This document shows positions 1-11,224 of a stretch of DNA of 64,000 nt, in pieces. The notes under the pieces were generated by a model that was given only the letters and a program-made list of their open reading frames with translations, searched no databases and was not told the origin of the DNA. The stretch lies in assembly GCF_024521635.1 (NCBI RefSeq), contig NW_026250428.1, positions 310,001 to 374,000 on the forward strand. The letters run 5' to 3'. This stretch comes from Tricharina praecox. Its lineage: Eukaryota. Position 1 is the first letter of the stretch; each line of letters starts with the position of its first letter. Made by a program: the position numbers and the translations under genes.

Positions 1-514
1 GGTGTAGCCTGCATACCCTCCGAATTCGCGGTTCCCGCTCGGCGGTTGCGGCGTGTAGACGTGATGCTGCTGCTGCTGTTCCTGATGTTGCTGGGGAGGC
101 GGAGGGTATACTTGTTGCTGAGGAGGCGGAGGGTATATTTGTTGCTGAGGAGGCGGAGGGTATATTTGTTGCTGAGGAGGCGGAGGGTATATTTGCTGTT
201 GGGGAGGCGGAGGGTATGTTTGCTGTTGAGGAGGCAGGGGATATGATTGCTGTTGGGGAGGCGGAGGGTATGATTGCTGCTGGGGCGGCGGAGGGTATGC
301 CTGTTGTTGGGGAGGTGGGGGATATTCCTGCTGTTGGGGAGGCGGGGGATATGCCTGTTGCTGAGGAGGCGGAGGGCATGCCTGTTGCTGAGGAGGCGGA
401 GGGTACGTTGCTTCATTGACGGAATAATCACTGACAGCCGTTCCCGCCCTGCTCAGCCGCGGGCTTGCCTCTCGCGAATGCGAATAGGCCGACTGTTGCA
501 ACTGGGCAGGAGAA

Positions 515-547
<33 letters not shown>

Positions 548-3500
548 GATGGTGGCGGCGGCGGCGGCGGTGGTGGCGTGTTCCCGCCTCTTGCCCCCGC
601 GATGGAGCCCCGATGTGCCAGGACAGCATTGTACAAGCTGCTCTGCGTCGACTGTCTGACCAGTCCGGACGGCAGTGGAGGAAGCTGTGGGGCTCCTGAC
701 GATGGCTGGTATTGTTGCTGGTAGCTGGGCTGTTGCTGGTAGCCGGGGAGCGGATGGGTTGGAGAGGCAGCGTAGGGGGGTTGGCTGTATGGCGACTCGC
801 GATACTGCTGCTGCTGTTGTTGGCTGGAGACGTTGGCCCGGGCGCCATGCTGGGGATGGTCAGGGTAGTCCTGCGGATGTGCTGAAGGCTGCCCTTGGGG
901 CTGGTGGTGATAATTGCCCGGTGACGGTGGCGGCGGCATGCCCTGGTTCTGCCCAGCTGGTGGCGGGTAGGCCATGTTCTGCGGGATTGTCTGCGACGGT
1001 TGCTGCCCAGGCGATGGGGGAGGCGGATATGATATACTCTGTCTCGGCACGAGCGGGGTGTGCCGGCCGTGGACACTCCCCGCCGGACTGTGGGGCGATG
1101 GTATCTGTTGCGGCCCAGGTTGCAGCTGCGACCCAGGTTGCTGTTCCGGGACCCCCGGTGGGTAAGTCGCGGATTGCGGTTTGTACCCGCTGTGCTGGGA
1201 GTAACCGCCAATAGACGGCCTGGACTGCGGGTACTCCTGGGGCGGCGGGACATACGGACCGGGGGCCTGTTGTGGGGCGCCATAGCTATTGACACTTCCG
1301 CTTCTCGGCAGCGCCTGGTCAAAGCTCATGTACTGTCCTGTCTTCGGGTCATAAATCTTCGGTTCGCTGCTACTGGGCTGGACGAGTGCCTGGGCACCTC
1401 CACTACCTCCACCGCCCAGCCCCGCTTTCGCCAGCCTTCCGAATTTGGTGGGAGACTGGCCGCCGCCGCCGCCGGAGGCATTGGGTGGCGATGAGGTGCG
1501 CGAGAATATGTCGGAAAACATCTTCTTGTGCCCCTTCAGCTTGCCGTTTTCCTCGGGCTTTTTCGACTTGCCGCCTCCTCCTAGTTTTGTTAGGAAACTC
1601 CCGCGTTTCGTCATTTTCTGAGGAGGTGCATCGACGACCGGCGGTGAGTAAGCAGCCTGAGGATGACCTTGTGGAGGACCCTGAGGTTGGGCCTGAGGAT
1701 AACCCTGCGGAGGTGCCTGAGGATGGGGCTGTTGTTGCTGTTGCTGCTGTTGTGGTTGTTGCTGCTGTTGTGGTGGCTGCTGATGGTGAGGCAGCTGCTG
1801 CGACACAGCTGACAAGCTACGACCCATACCATCCAGCTTATTCCCCAGGCCTCCGAGGAGACTTGTCCGTTTCCCTTTCTTCTCCGAATTCGAAGACGAC
1901 GAGCCGGGCGGGTGTCCACTGCTGTTGGAAATTGTCTGCGCAAGGGTGGAACCGCGACTCGGCGGTAGTGCCGGATGGCCATGAGGTGTCTGGGGGTGGG
2001 CAAGATTCTGGCCCGCGAAGGGTGGCTGCTGGAACTGTTGCTGCTGTTGCTGCATTTGCGGGTGTGGAGATGGCAATGATCCAGGGAATTGCTGAGAACT
2101 GGCCGCATGCGGATCTTGCAAGAGGTGCCGCTGGTCGCTATGGCCGAACGCCTGTGGGCTCAATCGCGGAGGATGGCCTTGCGGATGTCCCGCCGACGAT
2201 GCCTGCCGTACATGTTCGACAGCCGGAGGCCCTTGCTCGCTCGGCTGTGGGCGCGGGTGCTGAGGTGCCATGCCGGAAAGGCTCCGAGAGACATCCTGTT
2301 GCAGTAACGGCGGTGGTGCGATATTCTCCGGCCTTTGGCCCTGCAACTGAAGAGTAGGAGACGGTGTCATTGAATGAGGAATCGGCGGCATTAGCTGCCG
2401 GACCTCCGCCACCGGCGTTTCGGTCCGCAGCGATGATTGTTTCGGTGTCGAGTACAGATCTTCATCGGCACTGGCCGCCACCTCTCCCAGCTTCCTGGTC
2501 TCCGGAACCTCCGCTGCCGCCAGAATGACCGGTGGCACCGGCATCTGTTCCTGTACCTCAGCCTCCCGGCGTTTCGGCGTCGAGTAAAGATCATCGTCAC
2601 TGTCCTCACCTTCCATTGGTTCGTGCACGGTTGCCGTAACGGCTGAAAGGGGTGGAGGATGCGGGGTTTCGGGAATCGACGGACTATGTTCTGCGGAAGA
2701 CGGCAACGGAACACCTCTCGCTGTGATCGCGGACGACGATCCACTCTGATTTTGATTCTGCGAGGATAGACTATCCTTTCTTGCCGGGAACGGTGAATAT
2801 GACGGAGCAGCAGGAGCAGCAGCAACAGCAGCAGGTGGTGGCGGCGGCTTGGCGGAATGCGGAGATGCCGATTTAGACCCAAACCCACCGGCCAGCGGTT
2901 GGTGATGGACGCTCGGCGAGGACTGCCTTGGGCCTTCCAGCGAATGCGGCGAGGATCCCGCCTGCGGCGTCTGAGCAGCAGTGGCAGCGGTAGTGCCAAC
3001 TCTCGCTTGGAACTGAGTCTGGATGTGCGGAAGTGGCGGGGGATGGCCCATGGGAGGCGGCGAGGCGGCCGGGAGTGGTGTGGTATGCTGCGACATCGAT
3101 CCGATGGAGGCATTTCTTTCCCGTACCGCTGTCGAAGCATGCGATATGATACTGGCATTTCTAGTACGGTTTCCGACGGGCCTATCCAACTCTATAGAAT
3201 CTCCACCCCTGGTCTGATGATCTGCATTTTCCGAAGTACCCTCTTTGTTGGAATTTCCCTGCGTTCACGATCGAGCATCAGTATATACACTCATTGCTAA
3301 TACATCTCATCTGGCAGCAAGAAATCACTCTAAATTATACCTTCTTCCCAACCCGCTTGACCCAACCTCCTACCCTTCCACCAGCCATTTCTCCCAGCCT
3401 CATAGCTCCTCTTCCCATCTTCTCCAACTTCTCTTCCGCACGATGAGCCGTGCCTTCGTCGTGGCGCGAACCGCCATCCCCCGAGCGACTGGGGAAATGC

Positions 3501-6500
3501 CCCAGACCTCCCATCCGGCTCTTGCTCTTGCGCGGGACCAGACCCGTCTTGATCGAAATGATCTCGGAATTGAGCAACTGCTCGCCGTTATTGTGCTCCA
3601 TCTGGTATGTGATCCAGTCGGAAAGCGGGCTGGGAGACTCGCGGATATGTTCGCGCAGGGCATCGTACGCTCTTATACGTTCCTCTGGGCTCTCAAGCGC
3701 AGCGATGACTCTCGTGTCCCGGATTACCGCTGTTGGTTGCATCGGCGTGACCGTCCTGTCGCTGGGAGGACGGTTTCGATGTGCGTCGTCCAGGACTTCG
3801 ATGCCCTCGCCATAATCCTTGTCGAAATTGACAACCTCGGGAGCGGATTCCTCAGCCGGGGATTTCCCGCCGGGCGCCGGAGGCATGGGTGGCATCATTA
3901 CGATTCCAGATGGCATCGTCTGCTTCAGCATCAACGTCTGCGGCCTGCTGAACTGGCTGAGCAGCTCTTTCGTGTAATCGTTTTCGGCGGGCGAGTTCAG
4001 CTCATCGGCAGTCTTTGGCCTCTTCTCGACGATGGGCCCTCCGATAGCCTCGATTCCTTCGGATTCGGGGCCGAGATGCTTCGTGGGAGGGATTGCCTCC
4101 ATGCCTTCGGACTCCGGAAGAACGGGTGACCTCTGAGGCGTCTTGCCATCATCTTGGCGCGTGGCCTCTCTAGGAATAATGACAGTGTCCCGTCTATCCA
4201 AGAACCGTTTGCCGGTGGAAACCAATTCGAGAAGATCCTGATCAACGATGCTCGCAGGAGTCTGAGGTTCTGCTGGCATTGCCGAGCTGGTGTCGTGTGG
4301 TGGTGGAATTATCACAGGCGGTGGTGGCGACGACCTCTTGGGAGCTTCGGATTCAGGCCGAGGGGTAACAGCAGCCTGAGGTGAGGGGACTCTCGGTAGG
4401 TGTCCTTCAGCCGCAACAGCACGCAATGGCGATTTAGGCGGAACAGGCAAAGGGGTCCCACCAGCGGAATCATCGTTTCCATCTTGCCAATACGACTCGT
4501 ACGACGATAAGACGCCCATGCTCCCCCTTGCATTATCGGAATCAGTGGGTATCGAGTCACCCAGATAGTCGTAGACCGGTGTGGAAGAATGCGCGTGTGT
4601 CGCCGTCTCACTTGGGGAAGGTGGGGTACCCAGATAGTCCTGGATCTGGACAGAAGAGTCTGAATGTTTCTCCGTTTCCCCCGGAACCGGAAGGTTTGGG
4701 GCGATGATCGTGGGATGCAAGGCGTCCAGATCTTCCTGGCCCATCCCAGAGGAGTGCGGACGTTCTTCTGGCTCATCCAGCAAAGTTGGCTTGATGCTTG
4801 GGGAACGTGAGACGCTCAAAAAGGTCTGGTTCTGCCCGGAAGACCGCGGGCGTTCCACTAGCTCGTTCGACAAAACCGGGTTGATACTCGGAGAACGCGA
4901 GGAGACGCTCAAACGGTTCCGGTCTTGCCCATGTGGATATGTCATGGCATGCTCGGATGGGGTAGGCGTGAGACTTGGGGACCGTGTGACAGGGGTCTGC
5001 GCTCTCTCCAGTTCGCCGAGGAAGTGGTCCAGTTCATCTGATTTCTCAGAGCGTGGCGTATCTTCCATTGAGCTAGTTCTAGATACGGGTGCAACTTCGG
5101 TCGGATCACCAGAAACGGCTTCCGTTTGGAACGAAGGGGGCACGATGGATAGCCTCTTAGCACCCTCATGCGAGCTGTCGGTGGAAGGGGTTCGAACGTG
5201 AATGGAAAGTCTATCCACTGGGACCACATCTTTTTCAGCAAAGCTTCGGATACCGCTCTCTACAGGGATAGCGGGAGTAGGCGTGGTAGTGGAACGGGGC
5301 AAGTCATCATCACTGTCATCCTGCAGTGATACTGGCGGTTGGGGAAAGGTTGGCGACATGTCCGCAGGAGGGGTTTCACTGTAAGGCGTGAGGACTCCGG
5401 ACTCCGGACGTATGAACTCGTGATTCTCAAGCGTTTGAAAGCCACCACGATTGGGATCGTCGCTTCCATGCGCCAGAGGAATGGCAGTAGTCGAGGAAAG
5501 TCGTGACTGCCCAGTGGGAGGAGTGAAATAGCCCTGGTGGTCGTTGGTCTCCGCTGGCGTCTCGAAAACAGTATTAAAGTCACCCATCACTGGAGAAGCC
5601 ATTGGAGATTCCACTGGAGAATCGTGCCAAGCCGTAACATTGGCCCGTTCCTCTTCCATTTTGTCTGAGTGGTCACCGCTGACCTTCACAGGCGCGGGGT
5701 CGGTATTGATGTGATCCACCGACGGAGCAGCTTTGGACGCCGTATCCTTGCCCTTTTCTTCCTCTCGCGGCTCATCCTCGTAGTCGCTGCCGTCCGTTGG
5801 CAGTTTGGGGTCAGCTCCGATGGAATGTCCTGATGGGAAAGCCCCTGGCAATGAATCCATTGCTTTCTCCACCTCTGGTGTGTCCAGGTTTCCCTGCGAG
5901 GGTGGAATGGGCAAAGAGATTGCAGGCGGCAGGTATGGACTCGGCGCATGCTCACCCCTCGCTACGGACCCGGACCTTGACTGCGACCTTGACTGCGACC
6001 TTGACTGCGACCTTGACTGCGACCTTGACTGCGACCTTGACTGCGGCCTCGACCAAGACGTTGTCTGAAGACTCGGTGTTGTCGGTGTAGGCACGCCGGG
6101 CAAGGGAACCGCAGGGGGCGGATGGGGGCTAGGGGAATGGATCGATTCAGATCTTGCGAGTGGGCTCGATGGCGATGATCCACCGCTGCCTGAGACCCAC
6201 TGCAGAGGAACACTTGGCAATGGGATCGCGGGCGGCTGGAACGGACTCGGAGGGTGAGAAGCTCCTGACCTGGAGCGTGGCCTCGCTGGCGATGATGATA
6301 ATGACGATGATGTCGACGTCGGACTGCTACCTTGCTCTTTCTGCTGTCGAGAGGATGGGCGGCGGAGAACATCCTCTTGCAAAGCGTGTGGGTGAGGCGG
6401 CGCAAAGGCAGCATCCGAAGGCACACGGCTACGTACAGACTCCCCTCTAGTCGGAGGCCTCTGTTCGTCGTGAGATGCCGGCGTAGGCGAGGCAACACTA

Positions 6501-7965
6501 CTGATGTTGGGATCCACAATAGGCCGCCGTTCCTGCTCTTCCTGATGCCGTCTGTAGATGTCCGATGGTCTGATAATCTTTGGCTTTCCAGGCGAGGTAG
6601 GTGAAGTAGGCACGGGCGAAGCCGAAAAGCTCGAAGGCTGCTGGGTAATTGGTGGAATTAAGGGCGGTAGGGACGCTGGAGACGGTACTCTCTCGGTGGA
6701 TTTAGGTTGATAGTAGAGTGAAGATGGAGATCCGTACTGTTCGTAGTCTGGGGTGCTCTGTGGCATGGGGAAACTCGGGCCCACATGGTAATCCTGCTCA
6801 TAATCGTCATAGGTGGGCGACCTGGCCCATGACTTGGTCGGAGCTGCGACGGGTCTCGCTTGGGAAGAAGGACCGGAGCCTACACGACCGTATTCCGAGA
6901 TGGTGCCCAGATTGGCTGCCTCCGGTAGTGACTGTGGAAGCACTTGGTTGTAGACATTCGGAAGGTTAGGCAGTTGCTCGTACTGTCGTTGATCCCCCGT
7001 GAAATGTTGTCCGCCGGGCAGATCAGGCAACGACGGTACGTTTGGAGTGTACGCTGCCAGCGGCTGTGGCTGCGGCGACGAGGTCTGAGGAACAGGTGAC
7101 GTGGATGGGCTGGGTCTCGTAGGCACAGGTTTGCGAACCGAGAGCCGTTTGTGTAGCCCTTCCTGTGGTTGCTGTGGATGCGCGGGGTCAATCGAGAACG
7201 ACGGCGCATGAACAGTCGGCACGTCCCGGTAGCTCGTTGGTTGTGGTGACGGCGACTGCATGCCCTGTGGCGGCAGGGAAAGTGCAGAAGTGTGGTCGAC
7301 ATGGATTGGCGAATGGGCCGGCCTCATACTCTCGCGTTCGTCGATCTCGGACGGTGTCGGCGGGAGCATCATGTCCATCTGCGACGGCGGTGGCGGAAGT
7401 TTCACGCCGGGCGGCGGCGGCGCGAACGTCTCATCGATCTCCGAAGGGGGTGGTGGTAGTTTCATGCCCTCCGGAAACGAGTCGTGTTCTGCCGGCGCAT
7501 AGCGGGGGCCATGCTGCTGCAGCGAGGCCTGCCTCTGAGGAAACCGGCTCGAAGTCGACGCTGCTGTAGCAGACGGTCTGGCACCTTGTGCTGCGTACGG
7601 CGCAGGCGCGGGTTCGGCTGGCAAAGGAGCGCCGTGTTGGTCATCGTCGTCGTAGCCGTAGCCGTAGCCGTAGCCGTCCTCCTCCTCGTCGCCCCACAGA
7701 TCGTCATAGTTGACCTTCGCAGCTTCCACCCATCGCTTGGACTTGGCTCGGTTGATGTTTGTCTTGAAAGCGTCGGGAGAGAGCGCCGATGAAGCGGATG
7801 ATGGGGAATCGTTTCTAAGACAAAGTCCCACGCGTTAGTTACAGTCCCACGAACTTCAGCACAAAGGGAGCGCTTGGGGAGGTTGTGGTGGGTGGGTGGT
7901 TGGTGTTCTTCGGCGTACATTGGAGAGCGACCCGAATCGAAGCTCGTTTGGTAGGATCTCGACAT
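1..7965 (-). CDS. FYV8: FYV8-like large, disordered Pro/Ser-rich protein. The short isoform ends at 3335 (about 1508 aa); a spliced long isoform continues past the left window edge (>2590 aa)
   Basis: ATG at 7965 (MSRSYQTSFDSGRSP). A phase-2 intron at 7918-7815 (GTACGC...CTAAC...TTAG) joins in frame to the 3335..7831 ORF. The N-terminal motif FKTNINRAKSKRWVEAAKVNYD and the C-terminal block SPEERIRAYDALREH...SPLSDWI resemble the two conserved blocks I recall for fungal FYV8-family proteins. A second intron at 3340-3259 leads into a frame that appears open to base 1 (read at both ends; the ORF track shows no stop-terminated ORF in this frame). Confidence 0.7.
88..410 (-). repeat. 27-bp coding tandem repeat, about 11 degenerate copies, encoding QQQ(I/V/A/E)(Y/C)PPPP
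   Basis: The plus strand repeats ttgctgaggaggcggagggtatatttg-like units with a 27-bp period, in frame with the long FYV8-like exon. Confidence 0.9.
5975..6045 (-). repeat. 12-bp coding tandem repeat (ccttgactgcga, about 6 copies) encoding (SRSQ)n
   Basis: Seen directly; translates as QSRSQSRSQSRSQ in the FYV8-like ORF. Confidence 0.95.
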
Positions 7966-10598
7966 GGCGCAAAGCGACGGTTCGCGATCATGTGTAGGGT
8001 GCTGAAGGAGTCTCTTCTTCGTACGGGCGTGACTGCGAAGGATGCGAAGGAGGACGATGGGGGGGCACTATGGCAGAATGGAGGGAGTAAATGAGCAAGT
8101 GAGAAAGCAGTGCACAGCCAGCCGGTGACGGGAAGCAAGCATGCGTGCGTGGGGGCTGCGATGGGGTACGACGGAGCTTGTGTGTATGGGGAAGTACTAC
8201 TCTGCTCTCAAGCGTAGGGTCGCCAGGCAGCCAAGTTGTGCCGGGATGCAGAAGGCACGTAACCCAAATCTATACTTGGAGACAACTGCTTGGTCGGGCA
8301 AGTTCATTGCCGCATGGGGAGCGACAAGTGCTCGAACAGGCGCTTGGCACCGTATTCAGCCCTTTTGCTGACTTTCCCAATATACTCTAGAATATTGGGT
8401 AATTCTGAGCATCGGGACTGAAAACCACCTCCGATTCCCCCCAATCGGTCTTCCTTCACCGAGTACCAGACTATCGCCTTTAAACTCTAAATTCTTCTCG
8501 CATGCGGCCAGAGGACGAACATCGCGGGACTCCAGCCGGAACACATCGGATTTAGATATAGATCAGAGTTTTGGTGTCCACGTACTACCTAAAGGATATA
8601 TGTCTAGCCCAGCTACCGTGCTCGAGGACAGGAAGGAAGCAGGTAGACGTCGAAACTTTTCCGACTCATCTCACGGCGCGGCAAAGAAGTCAGTAGGCGC
8701 GCTGGGTCTCCGAACAAGTTGGCGGCCGGGCGATGGAGAAGAAGCGCGGATATCGATCGACTGTTGAAGGGAGAGGGAGTGAGCTATCACAGCCTGCAAC
8801 CTCACTGCTCGGTAACGGCAGAAGAGACTACCGTCGACAGCTTTGGTGACCCCAGCAGGCCGAGAAGATCAAGATCACGAGAATTGAGGAAAGACGCAGG
8901 GTTGTCGGCGCAGACATTCGGCATTTAGACGGTTCTTCACGTTCCTCACCGATGCGAAAGGAACGGGGTACAAATAACCACCAAGTCTCGTCCATCCTCA
9001 ATCCGGAACGGCAGTGTAATTTCGAGCACCCCCTTAACTACGACTATTGCCTTGGGGAATCACCATCTACGGAGTACTACCGTATTATACCCTCGTCCCA
9101 GAGATTCCCCACCACACCCAAACCGGCAGCCAACTAACATCCCTGATCACCACTCCTGCTCCGAGCTGACTTCCAGCGGAGCGCAATAAAACGCCTCCCG
9201 TAGTAGTCGTTGCGAGCCGAGACGCCCGTAGTGCCTCAGTGCCAGACTCTATTGGTGGCCTGAGACGCCGACCAGACAGGGCCAAGCATGAAGGGACCAA
9301 GCTACCTACTATCCGCTGTATCTCGAGTCTCGACCATAAGAACCTTACCACACTCTGGGTAACGGTCCCAGATACAGACGCGGAAGCGGTGCACTGTAAT
9401 ACCTACCGGTAGGTATCATACATGCCTCGGTGGTTTGATGGCGACGCCTGGCCCGGCCTGGCCCAGAGGAGCCATCCCCTCCCTACATAGATCTTGGGGC
9501 CAATCCCATCGATCGAATCAACAATCCCGATTTTTGGTATTCCGCTGCCGGGTGTAGATTGTCCATCGGTCGGCTGGGCGCACATAATGGAATTGAATGG
9601 AATCTTGTCTCCCGGTGAGACGTGTCCGGCTGCCACTTTACTTGGGTACTTCTACCTGGTGATGGTCTCTTGATTCCAGGCACTATATCGGGTACTCCAT
9701 CCTCTAACACGGAATAACGGGGGACAAACACCAGCTCGCGAAGGTCACCGCCGGCTCACCTACTATGACTCGGCCCATGGCACCTTACATAAGGGGCAGA
9801 GTCTCAATCAATCCCAGTATTCTTCACGTGCAAGTGGAATAGAGTATGTCCATTATCGCAAGCCCCCAGACCCCAGAGGCGGGGCTGCATGCGGCGAGGA
9901 GTCCACTGTCTATCCTGGTTGGGTTACCGGCTCTTTCGCTCATTCCGATCGACTGCTTCCTTGAATATATGGTGAATACTTGAAGATTCTAGAAGCCTTT
10001 CTCTTTAAGTCAGACCTGTGCTTGCGGCTATTGTATGTGCATAACTGTCTAGTGACGAAACGGTTGTGTAGTGTGTATTATGTACGTCCAGATATAGACC
10101 GCATTTGAAGAAATGCGACCCCCCGTACGGCGTAGGGCCGTCACCCCGGCGGAATTATATTATCTACCACCGATGGCTGGGGAGCCCGAATCCGCGTGAA
10201 ATACACACTTGCAGACTTGCAGTCATCCTAAATGCCTAATGCCTGGTCCTCCATGTACTTATGTTAGAATAGATTTTTATACCCGTCCTGACTCCTGATT
10301 CCTATTAAATCAATGCAAAGCAAAAACAGACCGTGGACCCGTACCGCGACCTGAAAGCAACAGAAAGGGAATTCGTACCACGACCTGCGAACAAAACAGA
10401 CAATGAACCCGTGCCGCAACCAGAGAATAAAACAAACGAACCGGTACCACTACCAGACAACAGAAGCAAAACACCCAATACCAAAAACAGAAAAGGAACC
10501 TGTACCACCACCCAAACCCAAAGAAATCGCGACCCCTCCGACCAAATTCTGCCTTTCACCAGCTCCTTCCACTAAAACTACTCGCTACCAGCCGCCCC

Positions 10599-11224
10599 TC
10601 AGTGGTGCACTCCCGCTGTTGAGTTCGGATCGAGGTCCCTTCCGGCCGCGCTGTGCTCATCAACTGCAGCGTCAAACCGCAGAGCAGCGTCTTCGCGCCA
10701 CCATCGGTGCATGCGGGTTCGCCACTCGTATTCTTCGCGGGTTATGGCGTACACCTCGTCCGAGTCCTCCTGCTCGACGGGAGGTGCGACATGCTGCAGT
10801 ACAACCGGCGGTTGATCAGCAGCCTCGCCCCCGGCCGCTGGTCTCCCGACAGCTTGGCGCTTCTCTGCACGACGTTCGCGGCGACAACCGCTCGCAGCCG
10901 CTCGTCGGCCGCATACGCAGCGGCGATGGCGACGCTCACGCGCTCCTCCATTTCCCGCAGCACCTTTATCTTGACCTGCGCCTGGACCTCCACGTTCTCG
11001 AAGATCTCCTCCGCCTCCCTCTACCTCCGCGCCTTCTCGTACGCCCGCCGCTCGGCAGACACCGCCGCCTTCACCCGTGAGTCGATCATCCGTAGCAGAC
11101 TCAACTCGGCGCCAGCGTCGCGCGAGGCAGCGGCAGCACGCCGCGACGCAGTCCGCTGCCGAGCGAGCAAATGCACTTGCACGCGCTCCGCCGAATGCCG
11201 CTCCGCCGATCTCCAAGGCCGCAC
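10599..11224 (-). pseudogene. Disrupted gene of unknown function (charged, coiled-coil-like)
   Basis: One frame reads MIDSRVKAAVSAERRAYEKARR*REAEEIFENVEVQAQVKIKVLREMEERV with a single in-frame TAG at 11021-11023. The most protein-like C-terminus (EQEDSDEVYAITREEYEWRTRMHRWWRE...HH*) lies in a different frame, implying a further frameshift. Confidence 0.5.

Noticed and set aside
46..7792. Many plus-strand and off-frame ORFs over the first 7.8 kb
   Set aside because: They are shadows of the GC-rich, repetitive minus-strand FYV8-like gene and encode only low-complexity antisense translations.
9399..9416. Perfect 18-bp palindrome ATACCTACCGGTAGGTAT
   Set aside because: One such palindrome in 64 kb is not far from chance expectation, and there is no supporting context.
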